Positions 37,761 through 49,656 of a stretch of DNA of 64,000 nucleotides are shown here, piece after piece (the stretch's first letter is position 1; every line of letters begins with the position of its first letter). Both the position numbers and the translations under genes were made by a program. The DNA is taken from assembly GCF_036321535.1 (NCBI RefSeq), contig NC_087436.1, forward strand, positions 95,358,001-95,422,000, given 5' to 3'. The stretch comes from Camelus dromedarius (taxonomy: Eukaryota). A model generated the notes under the pieces. The model ran no database searches, was not told the DNA's origin, and saw only the letters and a program-made list of their open reading frames with translations.

Positions 37761-38199
37761 AACCACTAATTTAATTCTTAATTTTGTAGTTTGGCACCTT
37801 AGACTGGGATAGCTAAGAAGATCTGGTCTGGGCTGGTGTGGCTGATCTTGGCTGAGTCTTCTCATATACCTGTGGTCAGCTGGTGGGTTGGTTGGGCTGA
37901 ATGGTTTGATGGCTCAGTTGAAGTGGCTGGAAGAACTGAGTTACTCTCCACGGTGTTTCTCCATCAGCTGGCCAGGGCTTCCTTATATGGTGACAGCAGG
38001 ATTCCACAAGCGAGAAAGCAATTATGCAAAGCCTCTTGAGGCTCTGAACTTTTCACATTGTCCGAAGCAAGTCACAAGCCCAGCTCAGATTCAAGGGGTG
38101 GAGAAATCGCCTCCTGATGGGAGGAGAGGCAAAGTTGCATTGTATAAGTCATAGATACATGGAGGGGTGAAGACTGTGACCCTTTTTGCAATCTGTCAA

Positions 38200-38650
38200 C
38201 GTCAGTTAGGGTGCTTATGGCTTAAGTAACAGAAATTTCAACTCCAAGTTGCTTAAACAATAGAGATACATTATCTCACAAAATAAGAAGTTTGGAGGAA
38301 AAGTGACTGCAAGGTTATTTCAACTGCTCAGCAATGCCGTCATGGTCCTGTATTTCTTTTATTCAGATTTTCACTCTGTCATTCCCAGTATGTTTGTTTT
38401 TGTCCACATTTTAACAAGATGTCCATGACTGTTTCAGGCTTTACTTACAGATGACAAAGTTGAGAGGAGAAAAATGGAATATTTCTGTCTTGTGTCTCTG
38501 TTTAGAAATGGGGACAGTCTACCCAGAAGCCCTTATAGTTGGGTCCCATCACATCATTTCTCTGTGCCTGAGAAGAAACAGATTGAAAGTCTCTGCCTGT
38601 CAGCTTCATACTGCTGCTAGCTTGTGGGTAGGAAGATGGTGAATTACAGG
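38200..38650 (-). mobile_element. Old MLT1 (J/K-like) LTR
   Basis: 'gtcagttagggtgcttatggcttaagtaacagaaa...gcttaaacaatagaga...atctcacaaaataagaagttt'. Confidence 0.6.
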
Positions 38651-40322
38651 TGGTGAGCTATGTAGACATTTCTCTCAGGAAATATAGCAGCTTAGGGATG
38701 TTGAATATAGGACAAGCAGTTCTACCCAGAAAATAGCTTTGGGTTTATTGTTCTGGATATTCTTACCATTTGCAGTAATTCCTTTAATAATAATAATTAT
38801 AATGACAACAATAATAGATGGTAAACATCTGTGTGACACAAAGCTCATTCAACTGGTGGGAGCTGATGTCTTTGGTTCAAGGACAGCTCAAGTAAATTAG
38901 AACAAAAATTTTTAAAAAATCTCTTGTTAAGTGACTCTTATTTTGACTACTTATGTCTGCTTCTTGAGTCATGTAATAGAAGGCATATTTCTCTAAATCT
39001 TAGAGGCCACTTGAAGTCTGAGTTTCACAAGCTAAAACAGTCAAATAAAAACAGTAAAGGGATTGAACGCAACAGCCGTACCAGCTAGGAACCTTTAAAG
39101 CTTTTGTTTCCAGAGTACATTTGTCCTTAATTTCATTAAGTCTCAACAACATCTCTTAGTTCTCTTGTCTTTAAAACTTGACCAGGAATGACATACATGG
39201 CAAATGAAAGTATCTTTTTTTTCTAAAACTTCTCAAGTAAAAGATGCCTCTCCTTTAACTATTCTCCATAAATAAAGTGTCTTGTAAAAAAGCCATCACC
39301 TTAGCAACTGTCAACGAATCAGCTTTATGAAGACAGAGTAAAACTGTAAGAAAATGTGCAGATAAGCCTTGGGTAATTTTTTTTTTTTTTACCATTAAAG
39401 AAAGTGAAATTTTTTTAAAACAGTGACTTCTGACCACACTTTGAGAAAGAGTAAACTAATTAAATTTAAAGTAAACACAGTTTAAAGAAAGAAGTTACCC
39501 TGAAAAGCAAGCTTGAAAATTGCATTGTTCTATAGTTTCCTTCCATTTGTGATTTGTTTGACTGTCTATTTTCTCCCCATGTTAAACTGCTTACACTTCA
39601 AAAGCTTTTCCTCTTTCTGTAAGTATCACTGTTAAAGTGGAATCAACCAGTGCATTTAGCGAATCCCATCATTACTCTGGGTTTTTTTCTATAGTGTTTT
39701 GATCCTTTGGTAGGATTTTGTCATGAGCTGGTGTGTGGGTATGGGGGGCTTGGGGTTGTGAACCTCTTGCCTACAACAACTTAAATATCCATGATGGGAC
39801 TTTCAAACCACAATGATTTTAGAAAAGAATTAACATGGGTAATTGGTCAATGATCAAATGTTTGTAACAAAAGTGTAACTCTAACATATGATTGATAATT
39901 TTTTTTTTTTTTGAGATTCACATATTGCAAGGGTGATACATTTCAGACACCAGGGTATGATTCTGGTTAGGAGAAAATTTTGGGTAATTTCCACCTTAGA
40001 ACATTTTTTCCTAAGAACAAAAACTGCACTAAGAAATATAAAATCATTTTTTTGTACCCACCCCTAGTGCATACGTATGGGAAGAAAGCCTGAAGGCACT
40101 GCCCCAAACTTTGTGAATTGTGATTACCTCTAAGGTGACTCCTGTTTGGGGACAATTTTCCATCATGTTAAGTCTTGGTGGAGTGCGTTGTCCTAACTGT
40201 CTGTGGATGTTGAAAGCGGAGCCCCTTCCTTGTTCACTGCCTAGCAGCTGGGATGTGGCCATACACACTGGGCTCGTACACTGAAGCTGCCACCTAAAAC
40301 TGCAAAACTCGGGCATGTGACA

Positions 40323-40503
40323 CAGGACCTGGAGTAAGGTGAGGCAACTGAAGGATCTAGGGTGCTAGGGTGTACAATTTAAGGAGGCACTCATTCTCAA
40401 AGTCATGGAAGTGCCTGTTGGCATCTGTCTGAACCTGGGTGTACGTACCTCCTTATATTTGGTTCCCTAGGCTCTTGATTTGCATCCTCAAGTCCCAGCC
40501 GTG
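40323..40503. mobile_element. MER96-like palindromic hAT-Tip100 MITE
   Basis: 'caggacctggagtaaggtgaggc...aatttaaggaggcactcattctca' is mirrored by 'cctccttatatttggttccctagg...agtcccagccgtg'. 6/8 TSD atgtgaca / gtttgaca. Confidence 0.7.
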
Positions 40504-40919
40504 GTTTGACATTTGGATAGTCAGCAAGCAGGTTGTCACAGTAGGGGTGGAGGTGATGATAGGAGAATGATAACAGGGGTGGTGCTAGTGACAGCAGAGA
40601 CAATGATGATGGTGGCAATGACTGTGTTGCTTCTGACTCCACTGGTGGTGTCTCATACATTGGGATGAGCTCGGTGCTGGATTCCATGGGAAGGACTCCC
40701 GGTTCTCTTGCCGTTGGATTTGTCAACTCCTTAAGAATCCTTCTAATACATTTCTTTTCTACTTATGTGAACCAGTGTTGGTTTCTGTTGCTTGCAACCA
40801 GGAACTAATACAGTGGGATTGTGAACAATTTATATTTTGTCCTCCTTTATCCTTTTCTCTGTTTTCATGTTTCATGTATTTATAACTAGATTACTTTTTC
40901 ATAGAAGACCAAATATTTT

Positions 40920-41420
40920 TATCAACTTGTTCTGCTATCAGGTAGACCAAAAAATGTAGGGAGGGATCCAGAGTGAGTTACTTCAGCAATTCAGTGATGT
41001 TAACATCAAAGACCTAGATTCTTTTCATCTCTCCACTGTTCCATGGTTGATGTCATCTTTATCCTCAGGTTAGTGCCAGCCTGGCTGTAGCAATTCCAAG
41101 AATTACATGCAGAAATGACAATGTCTAGAAGAAGAAGACAAAGGGTCTCTTCTTATGATATTTTCCTAAGAATGAGGCACAATTTTCTAGGAGCCCCGCT
41201 ACCAATTTCACTGTCATTTTATTGGCCCAAATTGAGTCACATGCCAAAGGATGGCCTGACTCCTGACAAGGGCAATATTCTTCTGAGACCAATTAGACCC
41301 ATTCCTAGAGCTGAGCTTAGTTCCCCCTGAGGCACATGACACTGTGGAAGAGAGAAGAGTAACTGAATAAAATTAGAATTCTCTTAGGAAAGAAGAAAGA
41401 TTGAGTGAAGGCTGAGTGGT
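40920..41420 (-). mobile_element. Old MLT1 (J-like) LTR
   Basis: 'ggctgtagcaattccaagaattacatgcag' and 'cattttattggcccaaattgagtcacatgcc'. Confidence 0.6.
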
Positions 41421-41574
41421 GAACCTGCAGAATCTACAATTCATTCCGGTTGCTTGTTGAATGCTTTGTTCACTTTGGGGTATGTGGCTACAGTCTGAGC
41501 ATTAACGTATATGTGTTTTCTTAAGCAACTAATAATCCTATCTTCTGATACCAGTTTGAAAATGCTGACTAGAT

Positions 41575-42197
41575 CACAGTAAAATGGTGCAGCCACTGTG
41601 GAAAACAGTAAAAAAAAACAACTAAACAGGGTTATCATATGATCAAATAATTCCACTTCTGGGTATTTAAAAGAATGGAATGCAGAATCTCCAACAGAAA
41701 TTTACACACTCATATTCATAGCAGCATTATTCACAATAACCAAAAAGGGAGAAGCAGCCCACACGTCCCTCGATAGTAGAATGGAGAAACAAAATGTGGT
41801 GTAGACGTACAGTGGAATATTATTCAGCCTTAAAAAGAAGGAAATTCTGACACATACTAAAACATGGGTGAACCTCAGAGATACCTTGAAGTGAAATAAG
41901 CCAGCCACAAAAGGACAAATCCTGTATGATTCCACTCCTGTGAGGCACACAGATAGTTCAATTCATAGAGACAGAAAGGAGAATGGTGGTTGCCAGGGGC
42001 TGGGGGAGGGAGAAATGAAGAGTTAAACATTCTTTAATGGTCACAGAGTTTCAGTTTGGCACGATGAGAAAAGTTCTGCACCACAATGTGGATGTACTTA
42101 ATGTCACTGAACTGTACACTTGAAAATGGCTAAACTGGTCAATTTTATGTTATATATATTTTACCGTCATTAAAAAATCCATAATATTTTTTAAAAA
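41575..42197 (+). mobile_element. LINE-1 (L1MB-like) 3' end
   Basis: 'gtaaaatggtgcagccactgtggaaaacag', 'catagagacagaaaggagaatggtggttgccaggggctgggggaggg' and 'ctgaactgtacacttgaaaatggctaaa'. Confidence 0.9.
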
Positions 42198-42204
42198 AGC
42201 CCAT

Positions 42205-42528
42205 TGTGAGGGTTAATTTTATGTGTCAACTTGGCGAGGCCATTACACACCAGTTGTTTGGTCAAACACCCATCTAGATGTTGCAGTGGAGATACATTAA
42301 AAAAACTTTTTTTAATGTGTGTATTTATTTTTTGGTGGGGAGAGGTAATTAGTTTTTGAAAATGTATTTATCTTTAATGGAGGTGCTGGGGATTGAACCC
42401 AGGACCTTGTGCGTGCTAGGCATGCCTCTACCACCAAGCTGCACCTTCCCCACAGTGAAGATAGTTTTTAGATCTGATTAACATTTAAATTAGTGGCCTT
42501 TGGTTCTGTTTCTCTGGAGACTAATACA
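42205..42528 (+). mobile_element. Internally deleted MLT2 (ERVL) LTR containing a SINE
   Basis: The MLT2 5' end 'tgtgagggttaattttatgtgtcaacttgg' is joined at about 42496 to the MLT2 3' end 'ttggttctgtttctctggagactaataca'. Confidence 0.8.
42307..42451 (-). mobile_element. tRNA-Ala-derived SINE (vic-1 type)
   Basis: 'ggaggtgctggggattgaacccaggaccttgtgcgtgctaggcatgcctctaccacc'. TSD cagtggagata (42284-42294) / cagtgaagata (42453-42463). Confidence 0.9.
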
Positions 42529-42974
42529 TCTATATTTTTCATAGGCATATATGGTATTTACAGAAATTTTATGTTTCAATAAACACTTTCCTATCTCTGT
42601 GACTAGAGGGGGTGTGGACCCTGAGGACCCAAAGCTGTAGATCCCAGCAGCCCCAGACCAGACGCTGTGGACTGGGTGGAACAGAGGAGGAAGTGTGTGG
42701 GGCGGGGAAACCCCGCAGAGCTTTCCCCTTAGCCTGGAATTCCCTCCCCTTACACAGTCCTCTGCCGTATTCTTCATGAAACTACTCAAAACAATAGCTG
42801 GGATGACAAGCACTCAAAAAATGTTAGCAACTTTTATTATTATTTTAGAGGAAGATGTGTCTTCTCCGCCCATAATATTTCCTTTTGTGTGGAGAAAGCT
42901 CCACTAGGGAAATAATCTGGCCTCTCACTCCTCTCTCGAGTCACAGATGGCTGAGTTTAAAAGAAGAAACAGAG

Positions 42975-43412
42975 TGTGTTAGTCTCTTAGAACTGTTGTG
43001 ACAGATCAGCACAAACTGAGTGGCTTAAAACAATAGAAGTGTATTCTTTTGCAGTTCTGGAAGCCGGAAGTCTAAAACCAGGGTTTGGAAAGGGCTGTTT
43101 CCTTTTGGAGGCTCTGAGGAATAACCTGCCCCTCGCTTCTGATGGTGCCCACGATCCTCGGTGTTCCTTGGCGTTGGAGATGCCACTCTCTGCCTCCATC
43201 TTCGCGTGGCCTTCTCTCTATCTTCTGCCCTTCTCTTCTAAGGACACTTGTCATTTGATTTAGGGCCCACCCTAACCCAGGATGATCTCATTTCAAGATC
43301 CTTAACTTAATTACATCTGCAAAGAAACTTTTTTTCTCCCCCAAACTAGGCCATAGTCAGAGTCTGGGTGGACGTATCTTTTGGGGGGAGGGTCACCATT
43401 CAACCTGCTGCA
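42975..43412 (-). mobile_element. MLT1A/B/C-like MaLR LTR
   Basis: 'caaactgagtggcttaaaacaatagaa...cagttctggaagccggaagtcta' and 'atttagggcccaccctaacccaggatgatctcatttcaagatccttaacttaattacatctgcaaag'. Confidence 0.85.
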
Positions 43413-44699
43413 CCAACCATGTGCGTTTCAGCCTCTTCCTCTCCTTTTCTCTTTGGGGTGAGCCTGCCTGGCAAGAATATGTGTTCTGCTCTAATTCTCC
43501 TGTTGTAGGTTTTATTCGTCTTGCCCTCCGTCAGAAGGCCCGTGAGGCTATGCAGTCCTTGTGACTGTGTGGATACATCTGTCTAATTCTGGGTTCAGAA
43601 CTGGAAATCCACTTACCCGCAGCCGTAAAGCCTTACTCTGCAATATCAGCTTTATCGAGTAAAGGTGGTAGTTTGGTCTCTGATCTACTCTATTCTTGCT
43701 TCTATCTCAATTAATTTAGACCTCAGGAACAGAAGTAAGGCGCCCTTTTTTTTCCGCTCCCTTGGAAATTCAGTTAATATTACTTAAGGCTCAGATCCAA
43801 GGTCAGCAGCTTTCTAAATTCTTCTCTTGCCCTCACAGGCAGGGAAGCTGTCTTTTCTGGGCCTTCACCCTCCGTATTCTCTTCTGTGAGCACTCTTCTC
43901 GGGGTTACAGTTGTTGCCAGGCTGCCTGCGTCCGATTTTGAATCCCCGGGAACCCCATCCCATTGTGGCTTTTGAGTAAATGATTAGGACAAGCAGGATC
44001 TATGTTTTGACGCCGGAGACATCCTCCTAAGAAGATACAGCACAGGACCCGTGATGAGCTACATGCCTCCCGGTGTTCTGCCGTGCTCTGATATCACTGT
44101 CGTCTTTGTTCTCTTAGCTGTTTGGGTCATAAATAAGAAAGGAAATCTCCCTTTTTTACTGGAAGAAGGATCCAAAGTGTAATTTTTGTCAAACCAACTT
44201 ACAGGCTTTGCCTACTCAGAAAGGGTGGTCTTTTACACTGCTTTGTGTATCTCATAATTGAGATTTTTTTTCCTTTTGAAAGGTTGAGACATACAAAAAT
44301 GCATATGAAAGAACATAAAGCTGACACATCACCCCGCCATCCAGAGTCACTGTCAATTCATCTTCCCAGTTCATTCTCTCTCCATTCCAGAAGTGAGTGT
44401 ATAATTAATTCATGAATAATACTATATAAATTGTATGTATTGATTTTTATTTAACATTGTATCAGTGAGTGTTTTTCTTTGTCATGAAATATTCTCCAAA
44501 TCATGATCTTTTGGAAGGCTGTATAATCTTCCTTATTACAAATATAATATATTCAACTATTTTCTTCTTGTGGGGTATTCAAATTATTTTTAATTATTAT
44601 GTATTTAATATAACTTTTTAATGTACTAAACAATTTCTCGTAACTCTGACATTATTTGTATGAAACTGAGCAGTTGACATGGTCAAATTCAAGACGGCA

Positions 44700-45430
44700 A
44701 ACAATACACTAGGACATTGTACTGCAGAAAAGTCAGTTGATAGGATTGCCTGCCTGAACCACACCCTCTTGTGATGCAAGCTGCTGCGGACAGTGCTCTA
44801 TGCATGAGTTGACAGGATGTAAGCCATGAGCCCTGATTACCTGGCTACAGCAGGCTGAACTGTGAATTGATGCTGGCACAAAGTCAGTTGTACCTGGGAT
44901 GTCAAGTAGCCAATGAGATGGGCATATGCAAGAGCCCCGCCCAGCGTGGTCACTGTATCCTAGATGATGACTGGCCAATCAAATGAAGCTTCTATCTCAC
45001 AATTTGAATTTGAGACCTATTGGGGGAACTAAGCCAAAATGTTGGGTAGAGATGGACAGACACCCAGAGAGGAATTTGAAAGCCCAGTCTACACGGCAGT
45101 GGGAGCCAGGACAAAGCAGGAGTGATGGAGTAGAGAAGAGGAATGCAGAGAGGATTTGGCAGCATGAGCAGAAAAAGCAGAGGCAGAGTGTAGCTGAGTC
45201 ACCATATTGGCAGAGTGATGGAGAGGGAGCAACAGATGCCTACTGCTGAAGCTGTGTCAAGAAAAACAGGTGGCTGGAGGTATACTGTGTCCTGAATGAC
45301 ATTCCCAGCTCCGCCAGGCAGCTGCTAAAACTGCTTCCTGCTCTTCCCCACTTCCTCGTGTATCCCTGCACCGCACCACAATCACCCCAATCAGCAGAGC
45401 ACGTCTCTTTCTGGCAGCCTGAACGAACCT
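44700..45430 (+). mobile_element. Probable ancient ERVL-type LTR
   Basis: LTR-like composition with 'gactggccaatcaaatgaagcttctatctcacaatttgaattt'; family not resolved. Confidence 0.4.
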
Positions 45431-46059
45431 CATTAACGCCATGTAATATTCACCTCTCTACTATGGCACGTATCAGGCAGCGTTAGGATGACTTGTTTTT
45501 ATGGTTCTTCCTGATTAAACTCCTGAGGTCAAGAACTGTGTTCAATGCCGCTTTAAAACATCCTCAGCAACTAAGCCATACACTGACACATAGTAAGTGC
45601 ATCCTAATTGCTTCATGAATGAATAGTCATTCACTGGTGAAGAGTATGGGTGTGCATTTGGCCAAAACAGCCTTTGAAACACAGGAAGCTCAACTAGAGA
45701 ACATTTCTCTAAAGGAGATACATTTCTATCTTTCTTGCTTTGTCTGCTATTAATAAGGGTATCAAGCCTTTTAATCTCATGAATTGGATTTGAAACAATG
45801 GCTAGGTAAACATTCTCCTTTAATTTTATTGTAAATAAAACACATTTAAAATACATATATTTATTCACCAAACATTTATTGAGTCTGCCTCATATCAGGC
45901 ATGACACTAAGCTCTTAGTATACGTTATCCTAAGCTCTATGGGGAGAAAGCACATAATAAGACAAAGCCTCAGTGCTTTGGGTTCCACACCTTGCCTTCC
46001 ACACCAAGATAAATAAAATAATAAAATAACATGGAATGGCTGCAGTGCTGCTACAAAGT

Positions 46060-47770
46060 GCTAGGGAGCTACACTGCTGAAATGTGATTTTAGAAAAAGC
46101 ACTGGGAAGTTGAATAGAGAAGCCCTAGTTCTTAAGGAGAATAGGGTCTTTTCAAACAGTTGTTTATAGTACTCTCCACATTGTCAGTTTAATAGCATGA
46201 TTTTTTTTAAAGCTATATGGAATGTAATAGGTTGTGATCTCTAGAATATTTTTTCCTGGTAACATTTATCCACTATCTTAGATAACAATATCTATTGTTA
46301 TTACTATTTCAAATGAGACAAGGAATCACAAATTATTTTTTCCAGAAGGAAATTTAGCAAAACTTTGATGTAACAGAGTTGCATTAACTAGCTGATGCTT
46401 TTTAGTAAGCTGAATGAGTTCAGTTTGGCCACGTGGGGTTGCAGTATTACCATGCCTACCCTAGTGGATAATCTGACAGCAGTTACAATGGAACTTAACA
46501 TTGTGATTCAAATCGCAAAACAACATTTATTTACTGTGTTCAAACTTTGAACCACAGTGACTGAGATGTCTGGTTTAAAAAAATATATATTGAATGGCTA
46601 TCAGCAAAAAGAACACAAATAAATGTTGGCAAGGATGTGGAGACAAGGGAACACCTCGTACACTGTTGGTGGGAATGTAAACTGGTGCAGCCACTATGGA
46701 AAACAGTATGGAGGTTCCTTAAAAAATTAAAAATAGAACTACCATATGACCCAGCAATCCTACTCCTGGGTATATAGCTGAAAAAAATGAAAACATGAAT
46801 TCAAAAATATATTTGCACCCAACATTCATAGATAGCAGCATTATTTACAATAGCCAAGAAATGGAGGCAACCTAAGTGTCCATCAGCAGATGAACAGATA
46901 AAGAAGATGTTATACACAAACACGCATGCACGCGCAAACACACACACACACACACACACAATGGAATATTACTCAGCCATAAAAAGGAAAATTTGCCATT
47001 TGCAACAACATGGATAGACTTGGAGGGCATTATGCTAAGTGAAATGTCAGACAGGGAAAGACAAATACTGTATGATACCGCTCATATGTGGCATCTAAAA
47101 ACCTCAAGAAACTAGTAAATAAAACTAAAAAGAAGCAGACTCACAGATGTAGAGAGCAAATTAGTGGTTACCAGTGGGAAAGGGAAGGGAGGAGGGACAA
47201 TAAAGGAGCTGGGGATTAAAGTAAAAACTATTTAGGTATAAAATAAGCATCAAGGATATATTATACAACACAGGGAACATAGCCAATATTTTATAATAAC
47301 TATAAATGGAGTATAAACTTCAATAATTGTGAATCACTATATTGTACACCTGTAACTCATCTAATATTATGCATCAACTATACTTCAGTTAAAATAAATA
47401 AGTGAATGAATGAAAGTGACCTTGTTGAATTTCTCACCATATACTGCAGATATATTTGAAAAGCCTCTTCCCCATGAAACAGATTAGCAGAGGAGCCTCT
47501 GCACAATTTACATAATTAAGCTTTGAAATAGAATTGCCGATTACTCAAACTTTCAGCCTGCTTTCAAACTTCGGCACAAATTTAATTAAAGAGTATCCTG
47601 AGTGTTCCAGGTGTGCTGTTTGAAAAAAAGTTACTGTTTGTAACTGCTCACCTGTGTGAATCAGGATTTTCTCAATACTGTGCAGATAAAATACAGAAGC
47701 AAAGTGGATGTGAAGATGGATGTAAGCCTGCAATTGTTATTCCTTAATCCAAATTTAAAATTTTTGCATT
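46060..47770 (+). mobile_element. Decayed hAT/Charlie transposase remnant, split by an L1
   Basis: About 46379-46427 translates LH*LADAF/SKLNEFSL (compare LAYLADIF..LNELNL). About 47588-47678 translates KEYPE.../LLFVTAHLCESGFSQY (compare the hAT dimerisation motif F.TTYLCESGFS). Confidence 0.7.
46594..47400 (+). mobile_element. LINE-1 3' end with internal (CA)n
   Basis: 'tgttggcaaggatgtggagacaaggga...gggaatgtaaactggtgcagccactatggaaaacagtatggaggttcctt' through the 3' UTR 'gaatcactatattgtacacctgtaact...caactatacttca'. Confidence 0.92.
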
Positions 47771-47788
47771 ATATTTAACCTGCCCAGC

Positions 47789-47896
47789 GTAATTAGGTTT
47801 GTATTTATTTATTTATTTATTTTTATTAATGGAGTTACTGGGGATTGAACCCAGGACCTTGTGCATGCTAGGCATGCAGTCCTACCGCTCCCCCCA
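47789..47896 (-). mobile_element. tRNA-Ala-derived SINE (vic-1 type), truncated
   Basis: 'gtaattaggtttgtatttattt...ggggattgaacccaggaccttgtgcatgctaggcatgca'. Confidence 0.88.
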
Positions 47897-47899
47897 CAT

Positions 47900-48420
47900 C
47901 TTTCTTTCTTCTTCTGGGAATAGCGTCTTGGTTTTCCCCTGAAATGCCATCTGCCTCCACTCTCAGCCAATGGAGACTCTGGATGGATGCAGGTCACACC
48001 ATGACCGTTCAGCGTGTACCATGGTCCAGGCACAGTGACTGGTCCAGGGATGGGTGTGTGAGTCAGACCAGGCCAGTGAGGCTGAGTTCTGAGATTGTGT
48101 TGGCTTCTGTTAAGAAGGAGACTGCAACTTGTGAAGATGGTTATAAGCCTAAAGCTGCTGTGGACCCTACACCGGAAGGACGCCCATCTCGAGAACGGAG
48201 CTGCCAGAATAGAGGGACATGGAACTGAGAAACAGACAGAAAGCTTTGATAATATTCTTTCAGCCCCTCAATCAACTGATTCCCGAACCCCAGAACCACT
48301 TTTTGGATTTACATGAGTCAAAAAAAATCTTTCTCCTCCCCAACTTTTTGTTTTTATTCTCTGAGTTAGCTTGGATTGGGTTTTCTGTCACTTGCACTTG
48401 AAAAAAAATCTTGACTGATG
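47900..48420 (+). mobile_element. Old MLT1 (K/L-like) LTR
   Basis: 'cacagtgactggtccagggatgggtgtgtgagtcagaccaggccagtgag' and the end 'ttggattgggttttctgtcacttgca...cttgactgat'. Confidence 0.65.
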
Positions 48421-48649
48421 TGCAAACGATTATAATTTTTCTTGTCAGTTTAATTTAAAAATTAGCAAGTGCAGTAAAACTGAGATTACAGAAGTAAGCT
48501 TGTGCTAATAAAACATCACTTCTCTTTGTTATATACATTCAAGTTCCTTGTAAGAATCACTTGACAAAAGCTCTGTTGAAATATAAAAACGAAAAAGTAA
48601 ATATGAAATATAAGTATGTAAAGTGCTTACAATCCCCAGCCTACAAAAC

Positions 48650-49130
48650 AAGGTCACGTGCATAGGTATCAAGCCATGACAGAGCATCTGCTGTGTGTCC
48701 TGATGTACCTTTCCAGCCTCGGGCCTTGAACTCCCTCCATGTCAGAATTCTAGCTCTTCACCCCTGCTGCCTCTGCCCCTCAGCTCCTCTGACTCTCACT
48801 TAGCTTGTATCCTCTGCTCAGAATACCACCCTTTTCTAGCTGCTGGGTTTTTTTTTTTTTTTTTTTCAGTCATTCTTTATGGCTCAGCGAAGTAGCACTA
48901 CCTCTGTAAAGGCTTCTAGACTCTTTCCGTGCAGAGTTAGTTGCTCTTCCCTCCACGTAGCCCTCATCACAGTCTGACCTGTATCGTGGCTGGGGTTACA
49001 TGAATGACTTCCTTCTACTCTGGAGTGCATGGGCTGGGCCTGCTGCTTATTCGACTGCGTGTACTTCCTGCTTAAACCCCGGCACCTAGTAGATGCTCAG
49101 TGTATATCTGTCAAATGAGATTTCAATACT
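48650..49130 (+). mobile_element. LINE-2 3' fragment
   Basis: 'cacctagtagatgctcagtgtatatctgtcaaatga' and 'cactacctctgtaaaggcttct'. Confidence 0.65.
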
Positions 49131-49391
49131 GTGGCTTGGGGGTAGGTTTTGCTCTTGCTTTCCTTCCTAGGTGCAACAGTCCCTTCTCATCTAGGGTGTA
49201 AAGGGAGCTGCATGCACTTAGCAGGACTGCTGTCAACATTCCCAATCACCAAGCACCATAAGTGACCCATGCTCCCCCCATTCCAAGAGGCCGGTCCAAG
49301 GGTGACTTTTATTAGCTCTATTTATTGGCCCAAACATTAAACTCCTTGCTTTTAATGGAGCCTTGAGCCAAATTTAGAAATCCCCAGATCA

Positions 49392-49570
49392 GGGGAGAAG
49401 GTATAGAGCTCAAGTGGTAGAGCACACACTGAGCATACAGGAGGTCCTGGGTTCAATCCCCAGCACCTCCTCTAAAAATAAATGAATAAACCTAATTGCC
49501 TCCCTTGCCACAAAAAAAGAAAGGAAGAAAGGAAGAAAGGAAGAAAGGAAGAAAGGAAGAAAGGAAGAAA

Positions 49571-49656
<86 letters not shown>

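Larger units (their letters stand above)
36515..38200 (-). mobile_element. MLT1-family LTR split by an L1 insertion
   Basis: 'cacagtggcttaaaataataacc' lies before the L1. The LTR continues after 37778 with 'gcaagtcacaagcccagctcagattcaaggggtggagaaat...tttttgcaatct'. Confidence 0.7.

Noticed and set aside
49392..49470. tRNA-Ala gene (also at 10770-10847, 42380-42451 and 47840-47896)
   Set aside because: The acceptor stem and arms are degenerate, and the shared non-tRNA tail and TSDs show these are SINE copies.
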